A stretch of DNA of 64,000 nt from Acidobacteriota bacterium (lineage in GTDB: Bacteria; Acidobacteriota; UBA6911; RPQK01; G965248645): positions 1,782,590 through 1,846,589 of the forward strand of contig OZ252113.1 in NCBI GenBank assembly GCA_965248645.1, in the 5' to 3' direction. A program made the translations under genes and the position numbers. The notes below the pieces were generated by a model, which was not told where the DNA came from, did no database searches, and saw nothing but the letters and a program-made list of their open reading frames with translations. Below, piece by piece: positions 43,450-53,390 of this stretch. Within the stretch, counting starts at the first letter, position 1. Every line of letters begins with the position of its first letter.

Positions 43450-46329
43450 ATGAAAGGACGCTTCGCTTTTTTCTTCAGCTTGGGTGTGCTTGCCACAGGG
43501 CTTTCAGGGAAAACATCAGCAGAAAACACGAGTTCTTCATTACCCACATTCGAAAAAGAGATTCTGCCCATCTTCGAGAAGAGCTGTCTGGCCTGTCACA
43601 GTGCCCAGAGTCCTCAGAGCGGCCTGGTTCTGGAGACGGTAGAGTCTCTCTTCCAAGGGGGAACAGTCAGTGGACCGGCAGTAATCGCTGGAGAGAGCAG
43701 CCGGAGTCCGCTGCTGCTCTATCTGAAGGGAGAGAAAGAGCCCAGAATGCCGCTGGACGCTCCTCTGCCGGAAGCGGAGATCACCCTGATTGCCCGCTGG
43801 ATAGACCAGCTCAAACCGGCTGGTCAGAAGGAAGTTGAGACCCAACTGGCTGGTGGAATAACCTCTGATCAAGACTTTGAAGAGTCAATCCGGCCCATCC
43901 TAGAGAAAAATTGCTTTTCTTGCCACAACGCCGAGACTCACCGCAGCGGTTTGGTACTCGAGACGGTCGAGTCGCTGCTTAAGGGAGGCGGTGCCGATGG
44001 TCCAGCTATTGTGGCGGGGAAAAGTAGGGAGAGTCCCCTGATTCTTCATCTGCGGGGAGACAAAGCCCCGCGCATGCCGCTGGAAGGCGTTCCTTTGGCC
44101 GAGGAGAAAATCACCCGGATTGCCAGCTGGATCGACGGTCTGGAGGTCTCGACCATAGCCCAGGTCAAGCCGAAACTGGACTGGCCCTGGATCAAACTCG
44201 AGCGTCCGGATGTTCCGCAGGTCCAACACCAGGAATGGGTAACGAATCCCATCGACGCTTTTATTTTAGCCAAGCTGGAAACCAAGAGCCTAGAGCCGGC
44301 ACCAGCGGTCTCCAAACGGGCTTTGCTGCGCCGCATCTCCTTCGATCTGACGGGTCTACCGCCTACACCGGAGGAGATGCAGCGATTCCTGCAGGATTCC
44401 TCGCCGGATGCTTATGAGCGGCAGATCGACCGGCTACTGGCCAGCCCTCACTACGGAGAACGCTGGGCACGGCACTGGTTAGATTTAGTGCGTTATGCCG
44501 ACACTAAGGGAGGATATTACGATCCGATCTACCCTCATATCTGGCGCTACCGGGACTACGTCATCCGGGCCTTCAATCAGGGTCGACCCTACGACCGCTT
44601 CATCCGGGAACAAATCGCAGGGGACAGCTTCCGCCCCTATGGCGCGGAAGGGAGAATTGCCTTGGGCTTCATGCGCGTGGGAGCACAAACTGAATCGGGA
44701 GGTCGCCGGGAGATCTTGGATGACCTGGTGGGCACCACCGGATCGGTGTTCCTGGGGATGACTGTGGCCTGTGCCCGCTGTCACGATCACAAGTTTGATC
44801 CCATTCCCCAGCGAGACTACTACCGGATGGAGGCCTTCTTTACCCCGATGAGCATTACGGGGCCGACCGCCCTACCCTTCACCGAATACGAGCTGCCCCA
44901 TCAAGAGCCAGAGAAATGGGAGAAAAAGGCCGAAGCCTGGCAAGCACTCTATTCAAAGTATTATGCGAGAGCAAAAGCGATTGTAGCTCAGTTCAAGGAA
45001 CGGGTGAGAAGAGAACGCTCCTTCCTATCCCCTGAGGACCTTAAGGACCGGGTGGTCTACGGAGACGTTTACGCCTCCTACCGAGTCAGCGCTTTCGAAT
45101 TACGCGAAGCCATGCAGAAGGGCCTGCTGTTTAGTAAGGCGGAACGGGATCTGTACAATCTCGCCCGCCGTTGTGTCTCCCAGGGTAGCCCCATGCATCC
45201 CGATCTATATGAGCCCAAGGCCTACTCGGCTTCCGACCCAGGAGGCAAGGATCTTCCCTCCACTCCTGACACCTACGTCCTGAAGGTGGGAAATCCAAAG
45301 GCTAGAGGAGAGGCTGTGGGACCAGGTTTTTTGAGTTCTGCGATCGGGAATTCCGACCCGGTCGACCTGACGGGAGGCGGTAGCCACCGCAAGTTGCTGG
45401 CCGAGTGGATCTCCAGTCCCGAGAATCCTCTAACGGCTCGGGTGATGGTCAACCGGATCTGGCAGCATCATTTTGGCGAAGGGTTGGTGCGCACGCCCAG
45501 CGACTTTGGCCAGAACGGTTCGGGAACCCTGCATCGGGAATTGATCGACTGGCTAGCCTCGGAGTTCATCGAGCAGGGGTGGAACATCCAGGCCATGCAC
45601 CGGCTCATACTCGGCTCCAGTCTCTATCGCCAATCGATGTACCACCCTCGGGACCAGGAGTTTGAAACGATCGACAGTGCCAATCGCTATCTTTGGAAGA
45701 TGGGGCCGATTCGTCTCGAGGCGGAGAGCATTCGCGACAGTATCCTAGCGGTTAGCGGAGAGCTGAATCGGGATATGGGTGGCCCTGCGGTTTTTCCCGT
45801 CATCGATGATGAACTACAGAAGCGAGCGCTCACTATCTGGGAAGCCTCTCCCCAGCAGGAAAGGAACCGTAGAAGCATTTACATGATGCAGAAGCGAGCC
45901 ACCCCGACCCCTTGGATGGCGGTCTTTGATGGCCCTAATCTGAACCAGAGCTGCGAGGTACGCGGGGTCACCACGGTGACGCCGCAGGTCTTTGCCTTGT
46001 TCAACAGTGAGTTCGTCCACCGGCAGAGCCGCCAGATGGCCGCTCGCATCCGTCGCCAAGTGGGAGCGGATCCTGAAAGACAGATCGAGCGGGCCTTTGA
46101 ACTGGCCCTTCAGCGTTTGCCCACCCAGGGAGAAAAAGAGGAGTTTCGAGCGCGGTTGGGAACCTCTGCAGCGGTGCCCCGACCAGACATGGCCTTCTTG
46201 GGCAAGCCGGAAGGTGCACCTATGCCCATCTCCCTAACGATAGCAGGAGACCAACCCGGGAGTCCGGGATCGCTGGCTGATCTATGCCTGGTTTTGTTTA
46301 ACGTCAACGAATTCATTTTCCTAGAATAG
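43450..46329 (+). CDS. PSD1-type protein number 2 (two PSCyt CxxCH-like domains + DUF1549 + DUF1553) without an adjacent DUF1501 partner
   Basis: The motifs CLACHS and CFSCHN occur in duplicated N-terminal modules. The C-terminal conserved block is LCLVLFNVNEFIFLE. The length is 959 aa. Confidence 0.85.
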   Translation: MKGRFAFFFSLGVLATGLSGKTSAENTSSSLPTFEKEILPIFEKSCLACHSAQSPQSGLVLETVESLFQGGTVSGPAVIAGESSRSPLLLYLKGEKEPRMPLDAPLPEAEITLIARWIDQLKPAGQKEVETQLAGGITSDQDFEESIRPILEKNCFSCHNAETHRSGLVLETVESLLKGGGADGPAIVAGKSRESPLILHLRGDKAPRMPLEGVPLAEEKITRIASWIDGLEVSTIAQVKPKLDWPWIKLERPDVPQVQHQEWVTNPIDAFILAKLETKSLEPAPAVSKRALLRRISFDLTGLPPTPEEMQRFLQDSSPDAYERQIDRLLASPHYGERWARHWLDLVRYADTKGGYYDPIYPHIWRYRDYVIRAFNQGRPYDRFIREQIAGDSFRPYGAEGRIALGFMRVGAQTESGGRREILDDLVGTTGSVFLGMTVACARCHDHKFDPIPQRDYYRMEAFFTPMSITGPTALPFTEYELPHQEPEKWEKKAEAWQALYSKYYARAKAIVAQFKERVRRERSFLSPEDLKDRVVYGDVYASYRVSAFELREAMQKGLLFSKAERDLYNLARRCVSQGSPMHPDLYEPKAYSASDPGGKDLPSTPDTYVLKVGNPKARGEAVGPGFLSSAIGNSDPVDLTGGGSHRKLLAEWISSPENPLTARVMVNRIWQHHFGEGLVRTPSDFGQNGSGTLHRELIDWLASEFIEQGWNIQAMHRLILGSSLYRQSMYHPRDQEFETIDSANRYLWKMGPIRLEAESIRDSILAVSGELNRDMGGPAVFPVIDDELQKRALTIWEASPQQERNRRSIYMMQKRATPTPWMAVFDGPNLNQSCEVRGVTTVTPQVFALFNSEFVHRQSRQMAARIRRQVGADPERQIERAFELALQRLPTQGEKEEFRARLGTSAAVPRPDMAFLGKPEGAPMPISLTIAGDQPGSPGSLADLCLVLFNVNEFIFLE

Positions 46330-46485
46330 GACAGTTTACTCAAGGAGACAGCCTCATGAGAAAGAACCCCTTTGATGTCATGCTGATAAGTTCGACCAGA
46401 CTTCCCCGTTTCAGAGTGACGGCGTGGAGCGACCTCAAGCATTGGTGTTCCGTAGTATGGATATAATAATACATACTACGAACAT

Positions 46486-46743
46486 TTGTATTTGTTTTAC
46501 TGTGCTCAGCTAATGCGCTTTCTCAAGAATTATTACTTTTTGGTGGGGAAGGTCGTGATGAATTTCTCGGTTGCCTCAATTGACCAACATATAGTTCAGA
46601 TTCTATCTGCAATAAACAGGGAACTTATGGAAACAAGTACAATATTAAAAGTATTTTTAGCGGATACGGAATTTACGGAATCGACGATAATAAGAAAAGT
46701 CCATGGAATCAATACTCTTCTGACAAGGAAGTTCCCGTGTTAA
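46486..46743 (+). CDS. hypothetical small protein in an AT-rich island (first of two overlapping ORFs)
   Basis: The ORF has about 33% GC against a background of about 56%. It ends with TAATG, overlapping the start of the next ORF. Confidence 0.3.
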   Translation: MYLFYCAQLMRFLKNYYFLVGKVVMNFSVASIDQHIVQILSAINRELMETSTILKVFLADTEFTESTIIRKVHGINTLLTRKFPC

Positions 46744-46892
46744 TGGATAGAGAAGGAAAGTTTTACGGATACTTTACAATAAACGATTATAGAAAGGACT
46801 CAATTAGTTTTTCCAGGAAGCTTAAAGAGATTTATAAACATTCAGCTGGAGACCTTGAATTGGTGAGAGAAGCACTTTGCAGTTCTTTTTAA
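46743..46892 (+). CDS. hypothetical 49-aa protein overlapping the previous ORF by ATG/TAA (TAATG)
   Basis: My translation is MDREGKFYGYFTINDYRKDSISFSRKLKEIYKHSAGDLELVREALCSSF. It is AT-rich and too short for the ORF track. Confidence 0.25.
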   Translation: MDREGKFYGYFTINDYRKDSISFSRKLKEIYKHSAGDLELVREALCSSF

Positions 46893-47417
46893 AAAACCCT
46901 TTCTACAGCATAGCCTACTTTACTATAGCAATAACCCACCATAGTTAAAAGTCTTGAGGCTCGGGCAATTTGTGGTAGTCTCAAGTGCAGTGTCTAGGGT
47001 ATTGGCTCGGACAATGTGCCTAAGGATAAGATGCTCTGGAAGTTCTGTAATTCTGTAATATGAAAAGAGCATCAAGCAACAAGACTTCATCAGTGAACAC
47101 GTCACAATAGAGGAAAGATCGGCGCGGGGGAGAGAGCGCGTCTGGAGAACCACGGCTTCCTCAGCCATGACAGGCACAGAATGTCCTTAAGCTAGAGTAG
47201 CAGCACGCGCAGCTGGTCGAAGGTCCTACACTTTCTGCAATGAGCCCAGAAGGGAGATCTGTTATGACTAAGTGTTGCACGGGCGAAAGGAAGATCCTTC
47301 CTAGGGGATAGGTGAGGTGAGCTTCACTTTGCCTGTATTTCTACCCAGTGCTAGTATTAATAATAATTGTAAAGCATGCTAAACGGCAGTACCTGATGTT
47401 AGCTGGAAGGTTCGCTA

Positions 47418-48596
47418 ATGAAGGACACCATCTGCGAGCTGCTCGCCTTTTATCTTACTCTGGTGATCTTTTGGTTTAGCGGTTGTTCACAAACTGCAGA
47501 GCTCGAGCAGAAGCAATCTAGTTACGAAGAAATACTTACGCGTGCCGAGCAAGGCGATGCCGAGGCCCAATGCAACCTGGGGAACATGTATCGCGATGGC
47601 AAAGGGGTTTCTCAAGACGATCAAGAAGCAGTCAAGTGGCACCGCAAGGCGAGCGGGGAAGGCTATGCCAAAGCTCAAAATAACCTGGGGAACATGTATC
47701 GCGATGGCAAAGGGGTTTCTCAGGACGACCAAGAAGCAGTCAAGTGGTACCGAAAGGCAGCTGAGCAAGGCTATGCCAAAGCTCAAAATAACCTGGGGAA
47801 CATGTACCGGGAGGGCTACGGTGTTCCTCAAGATGGCCAAGAGGCAGTCAACTGGTACCGCTATGCTGCCGAACAAGGTTATGTCGACGCCCAATATAAT
47901 CTGGGGCTTATGTACTACTACGAACGAGAGGGAGTCAGCCAGGACTACCAAAAAGCACTCAAGTGGTATCGAAAGGCCGTCGAGCAGGGAGATGCCGCCG
48001 CGGAATATGCTCTGGGGGTCATGTATGCCGAGGGCCAAGGCGTTGCTCAGGACTACCAAGAAGTAGCTAAGTGGTATCGCAAGGCCGCGAATCGAGGTCA
48101 TGCAACTGCCCAATATAATCTGGGGGTCATGTATGCCGAGGGCCAAGGCGTTGCCCAGGACTACCAAGAGGCCGTTAAGTGGTACCATTACGCTGCCGAG
48201 CAAGGCGATGCCAAGGCCCAATATGCTCTAGGGGTCATGTACGCCAAGAAGGCAGCTGAGCAAGGCGATGCTAAGGCCCAAAATAACCTGGGGAACATGT
48301 ACCTCGATGGTCACGGCATCCCTCAGGATGGTCAAGAAGCAGTGAAGTGGTACCGCAAGGCCGCCGAGCAAGGTGATCCCGATGCCCAGAGGCATCTGGG
48401 GGTCATGTATGCCATGGGCCAAGGTGTCCCACAGGACGACATACAGGCTCACATGTGGTGCAACCTAGCAGCTACCAACTTAACTGGAGAGGCAAGAGAA
48501 AAGGCCGTTGCATTACGAGACTTTCGAGCTGAACAGATGACTCGGGATCAGATCGTTGAGGCTGAGCGGCTAGCCCGGGAGTGGAAACCAAAATAA
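47418..48596 (+). CDS. Sel1-like repeat (SLR/TPR-like) protein, about 9 tandem 36-aa repeats
   Basis: The unit AQNNLGNMYRDGKGVSQDDQEAVKWYRKAAEQGYAK recurs. The N-terminus is hydrophobic. Confidence 0.8.
   Translation: MKDTICELLAFYLTLVIFWFSGCSQTAELEQKQSSYEEILTRAEQGDAEAQCNLGNMYRDGKGVSQDDQEAVKWHRKASGEGYAKAQNNLGNMYRDGKGVSQDDQEAVKWYRKAAEQGYAKAQNNLGNMYREGYGVPQDGQEAVNWYRYAAEQGYVDAQYNLGLMYYYEREGVSQDYQKALKWYRKAVEQGDAAAEYALGVMYAEGQGVAQDYQEVAKWYRKAANRGHATAQYNLGVMYAEGQGVAQDYQEAVKWYHYAAEQGDAKAQYALGVMYAKKAAEQGDAKAQNNLGNMYLDGHGIPQDGQEAVKWYRKAAEQGDPDAQRHLGVMYAMGQGVPQDDIQAHMWCNLAATNLTGEAREKAVALRDFRAEQMTRDQIVEAERLAREWKPK
47574..48480 (+). repeat. tandem 108-bp coding repeats (Sel1 units); the first two units (47574-47789) are nearly identical at the DNA level
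   Basis: Direct inspection shows a period of 108 bp, starting with AACCTGGGGAACATGTA. Confidence 0.7.
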
Positions 48597-48810
48597 TGGA
48601 TACCAGGCCCCATTAAATATCGATACCTACAGTTGTGGGATTAGTGTTAGGAAACGCCAGAACGAGCCGGACCGAGCTGGTGGTGCAACTCCCGTACAGA
48701 GCCAATCCAATAGATTAGAGAGTGCAGGATAAGAGGACTAAGCAGAAATAACTCTTCGATCGAAGCTTCGCAAAGTCCAGCGAGCCTAAGATGTTTCCTG
48801 GATCATAAGC

Positions 48811-49272
48811 TCATGGAACTTGTGCCGCGTCTGTTCCCGGGTCGAAGCCGGGTTCGAGCGCGTCGCGGAGACGCTTTACGATGTCCTCTCCACCTTGAGA
48901 TCGGTCACCTTGAGATCGGTCACCTTGAGATCGGTCGAATCCCGACATGAGGTCACGGAACTTTTCACGCGCCTCTTCCTGGGTCATTTCGCCGGCTTCA
49001 ACCGCCTGGCGGAGACGCTCTCTGAAGGCTCTAACGAAAGCCAGTTCGTTCGTCTTGGCAACGTGCTTCTCGAGGGCGATCATCATGGTTCTGGCTTGCC
49101 CCAGAGTAAGCTCACCTGCCTCGACGCCTGCACTGAGTCGCATGCGAACTGCCATGTAGTCGGGGTCTTGAGCATCGGCCAGACCCGGAGGCAGAAGAGT
49201 CATGGCGCATAGCAGAGTGGATATAGCTAGCCACCGCGAGGTGTTGGGGATGGGTTTCGTTGATACGATCAT
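48811..49272 (-). CDS. hypothetical secreted protein with DRSQG x3 tandem motif
   Basis: A signal peptide is present (..LLCAMTLLPPGLADA). A 15-bp tandem repeat TCGGTCACCTTGAGA lies at about 48886-48940. Confidence 0.5.
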   Translation of the reverse strand: MIVSTKPIPNTSRWLAISTLLCAMTLLPPGLADAQDPDYMAVRMRLSAGVEAGELTLGQARTMMIALEKHVAKTNELAFVRAFRERLRQAVEAGEMTQEEAREKFRDLMSGFDRSQGDRSQGDRSQGGEDIVKRLRDALEPGFDPGTDAAQVP

Positions 49273-49735
49273 ACTGAACCCCCGTTCAAAAAAGTCCTTA
49301 CCGGATCCAGCTCCCTATCACGTTAGGTAGATGCCAGCGGATCAAACCTCTCCAGCAGACACATTGCAATTGTAAGTGAACCTATGGAGCATAGTCAAAT
49401 CAGAAGGATGGTGTTTAGGATCCACTGATGTCGCTCGACTATCAGATTCTGCGGAAAATCAGGCTTCGGAATCCATGAGGCACGAACGACTGAGTAGTGC
49501 GTGAATTCACATGCCGCAATCAGGGAAAATTGAAGAAACAGTTTTCCCTTGGACGAACTTTCGAGGGCGATTAGCCGGGGAGTGATGGGTAAAAAGCTGG
49601 AATTCAATATCTTCCCGCTCCAGTTTCATAAGGATTTTCCCCAACGCCAAGAGATTCAAAACTAAATAATTCGTCTCAGGACAGGAGCTAGGATCAATAT
49701 GTTATCCATCGGTTCGGCTCTCCACAGGCGGCCAC

Positions 49736-50554
49736 TCATGTCGAGTGTGGCAGTCCCTCATTGAGTCCAACGAGAAGAGGTTTTCTTTTAGGAGGGGCGT
49801 TTTCCACGAGTCTCTGTGGCCACTCGGGGATCAGACCGACTGGTTTGGCCCACCCAGGACGATAGGAGTAGAAGAGGGCTCGGCGGATCTGATCAGTGAA
49901 GTTCAGGCCGCCCGCATGCACAGTGGAACAGTGAAACAGCACTGCTGTGCCTGCCTTTGCCAGGACGATCTTTGCTTTTTCCTCTAAATACTCGAAATTG
50001 CTGCCAGGGATCAGATGACACTGTCTGTGGCTACGGGGAACGACCCACAGTGGACCGTTTTCAAAAGTTAGATCGCAAAGATAGAAGCCAACGTTTACCC
50101 AGGAAGCAGAAGTATTCCTGAAGTCATCTTCGTATTCAGCGCCCCCGTAATCCATGTGAAGCATCTGGCGAGGTTTTTCCGCGATCTCTTTCCTTGGTTT
50201 GGGATAATAAACACCTTTGAAAAACCTGATGTCGTCACCATAGCAGAGACGAATCATTTGCAGAACTTTTGGATTTTCGATGAGTTTCGCTACGGATGGA
50301 GTCACCCAGGAGTGAGAGCTTTTTTCTAGGATAGTCCTTGTTTCCTTTGGCCCAAGCTCAATATCTCGGTCGAGAGTGGTGCGATCGAACTCGCGATTTA
50401 GCTTCACCAGGACCTCTTCATCGATAGCTCCGGGTACGATCAAAAAGCCATTGATCTCAAAGTAGACTCGTCGTTCCGTAAGGGGCATCGACAAGAACTT
50501 GTCTTTGATCACTCGTGCTTCCAGCTCTTCTTTCAAATGGCCGATATTTCTCAT
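49736..50554 (-). CDS. phytanoyl-CoA dioxygenase (PhyH) family protein
   Basis: The HxD..H context (HMDYGG ... HCSTVHAGGLN) matches the family, and the protein resembles the other two PhyH-like genes in the window. Confidence 0.75.
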   Translation of the reverse strand: MRNIGHLKEELEARVIKDKFLSMPLTERRVYFEINGFLIVPGAIDEEVLVKLNREFDRTTLDRDIELGPKETRTILEKSSHSWVTPSVAKLIENPKVLQMIRLCYGDDIRFFKGVYYPKPRKEIAEKPRQMLHMDYGGAEYEDDFRNTSASWVNVGFYLCDLTFENGPLWVVPRSHRQCHLIPGSNFEYLEEKAKIVLAKAGTAVLFHCSTVHAGGLNFTDQIRRALFYSYRPGWAKPVGLIPEWPQRLVENAPPKRKPLLVGLNEGLPHST

Positions 50555-51168
50555 ATTAACTTTGAATATGGGTTACTCTGAGTCTCTCTATGAGGACCGA
50601 TCAAAATCTATCAGTCCTCCAAACCTTGTGTCAACGATTCTCTCGTCATTTTCCCGCTGCAAACAGCCGCTGATTTTAAATCTGTTGAATGCGCTTACTA
50701 TCGTCACGGATCTTTCACCGTATCGGCTCACCAAGCGGTTTTGGTTGAACATGAACTCGTTTCTTCCCTCTTTGTTCATCGAAGAATGCTTCGGGATCGG
50801 GTTCTCGATTGGGTTGATCCCGTGGCGCCTGCAGTTTTTATGCAGCCGACCGGCCATGCCACTCTGGGCTTGAATGCCGGTCCGCCGGTGGCGCGTATTC
50901 GCATCCGGAGTCTACACATCTATCGGTCCGGCGAAATCCGGGCTTCCGGCCACCACATAGCCGCGGCTCGATTATCGTAGTGTGGAATTGTAAAGCGCTT
51001 CAGGAACACTTCAAAGAAAAGGTGCCTCTTTGTAGGATATACTGGAAAATGAAGTGGTATTGTCTGACTTCTGGGTAGTCCTAGTGGCTAGCTGTCAGCA
51101 TTGCTTTGAGCCCCAGGGGTTCTTAAGAATCAGAGCACAGGTACACATCCCTTTGATTCAGACGACTA

Positions 51169-52388
51169 ATGAAGCGCACAGCGGACGTGGTCATTGTTGG
51201 TGGAGGGGTCACCGGGCTGAGTACGGCCTGGAATCTGAAGGAGAACGGGGTTGACCGCGTTGTTGTGCTCGAGCGGCACCGGATCGGTTCCGGCCAGTCG
51301 GGTCGTGCGGCTGGCATTGTCCGTACACTTGTACCTCACCCCTTGGTAGCGTCTTGGCAGTATCAGTCACAACAATTCTTCAATACGTTCGTGGAACGGA
51401 CTGGACTTTCGATCGAGGTCAATCAGGTTGGCTACGTTCTCATCGCAGGTTGTGCCGAGGCAAAAGGGCTGGGGCAAGCGGTTGAAGTGAGCCGGCAGCT
51501 GGGCACCAATTGTGATCACATTAGCGTGGATGAAGCTGGCCAAGTACAACCGGGTATCCAGCAGGGCGCCGAGCTGGCATATGCGTTTGAACCAGGGGCG
51601 ATTTATGTAGACCCGATGCCAGCCACTCATGCCATAGCGCTGGCAGCACGGCGGGCTGGCGTAGAGATTCGGGAGGGGTGTGGCGTACAAAAGTGCTGCT
51701 GGACAGATCCCAGGTCGCAGGTGTTTCCACTCGTGAAGGCCCTTGGTTTGCACCCGCGGTAATGATTGCAACTGCCGCCTGGAGCCGAAGCCAACTGCAG
51801 CAGGTGGGACTCAAGTTACCTGTCTATCCGCATCGAGCAGAGATGGCCTTTTTCCATGTTCCGCTGGAGAAAGAGTTGCGTCTGATCCGTATTCTCTCTG
51901 ACACAAGATCACAACTTTACTTGCGTCCGGAGGGGCGACTGCAGATGTTTGTCGGTTGGCGGGAAGGAGACCTGGTCCGGCAGCCGGAAGACTGTGTGCC
52001 CGAAAATCCGGACGATTATCGGGAGACCGTCCATTTTGATCGGCTCGTTCAGATGCATAATCGACTATCCCAGACATTGCCTTTCATGGCGCGAGGATTC
52101 GCCAATCGCAGCTATGCGTGTGTGTACGACTACACCCCGGACGGGCAGCCGATCCTTGATGCCGCAGGGTCTACAGGGTTGTATTCCGCAATTGGTTTCA
52201 GCGGTGGAGGTTTCTCTACCGCTCCCTGCGTCGGTAGGACCATGGCAAAATTTATCGCGAGTGGGAAAAAACCACAAGAGATCGAGTGGCTGCGACTCAG
52301 TCGCTTCGCTGAGGGAGACCTAATTCACTGGAACAACCTGGGCCTTCTTCAAAATACAACCAATGGGGTATCCACTGGACTCAGGTAA
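51169..52388 (+). pseudogene. FAD-dependent oxidoreductase (DAO family, glycine/sarcosine oxidase-like) with a frameshift near 51700-51760; the 3-prime end abuts IS1595 copy 2
   Basis: The N-terminal FAD motif is VVIVGGGVTGLSTAW. Two overlapping ORFs in different frames together cover about 394 aa. The C-terminal codons run into the IS terminal repeat. Confidence 0.7.
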
Positions 52389-53390
52389 CCACAACATCTT
52401 GTGGTTGGGCTCACGGGGCCTCGGCGTCCCAGTCGGCGACGATCGATCGATACGGCGTTGGGTCCACGGCGACTGCCTGCTGCACAAGGCGGTAGAAGAG
52501 TTTTCCCCGGCTGCGTGAGTTGCGCCGGTTGAAGCGGAACACAAACTCGTCGAGGTAGTAGTCCAGATGCTCGTGGCTAACCGCGCCTTGGTGCGTGCCC
52601 AGCAGCCAGCGCTTGAGCAACGAGATCGCTTGGTGCACCCTCGGCAATAATTCCGAGGCCTGCTTGCGGCGGCCCGACAGAAAGACGATGCGATGCTGGT
52701 AGCCCTTCTTCTCCAGCGGCTCGTAGCCCAGCCAGCCGTCGGTGTGCACCAAGCTTCCCGGCTCGACCGACTCCTCCACGAAGGGCATCAAACTGGTCGC
52801 CGATGCGTTCCGCAAGCGCTGCATGCGGATCCGTCCTAGCCCGCGGCCTCTCTCTTCCGCGGATACTTAAATCAATTCTTTACGCTCGGTCTGCCGGCCG
52901 CTCACACCCTCTTCCTCAGCGCCCCAATAGGTCTCATCGACCTCGACTACGCCCGCCAATCGCTCCCGCCCCGGACGCACCATCGCTCGCCGCAGCTTGT
53001 GCATCCAGGTCCACGCAGTTCGATAGCTGCCCAACCCGAGAACGCGCTGCAGACCCAGCGCGCTGACCCCGTTCTTTTGCGAAGTGACGTGCCAGATCGC
53101 CCGGAACCACAGCCGCAGCGGCTTACGTGTGTCTTGGAAGATCGTGCCCGAGGTCACCGACGTCTGCCGCCCGCAGCGAGCGCATTCGAACCACACTTTG
53201 CGCATCGGCCAAGCCCACTCATACCCGCATCCCGGACAGCGGAAACCCTCCGGCCAGCGCAACGCGGACAGATAGTCGCGACAGGCCTCTTCGCTGGCGA
53301 AGCGTACCTAGAACTCGAGCAGGTCGCGTGGATAATCCTCCACGAAGGCACATACTACATCTTGGGGTCACCTGAGTCAAGTGGATACCA
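52353..53390 (-). mobile_element. IS1595-family insertion sequence, copy 2; no flanking direct repeat detectable
   Basis: The copy is about 99% identical to copy 1, with about a 10-bp indel. The left flank is AAAATACAACCA and the right flank is GTTATCCGATCA. Confidence 0.75.
52411..53262 (-). pseudogene. IS1595-family transposase, copy 2 (shared in-frame TAA plus an extra nonsense change removing the N-terminus)
   Basis: The ORFs 52867..53262 and 52411..52824 are the same as in copy 1. Copy 2 reads GAA where copy 1 has its first TAA, but carries CTA/TAG at about 53308. Confidence 0.7.

Noticed and set aside
42909-43571. 220-aa minus-strand ORF
   Set aside because: It overlaps the well-supported PSD1 number 2 start. 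The translation is low-complexity with no recognisable domain. It is probably a spurious antisense ORF.
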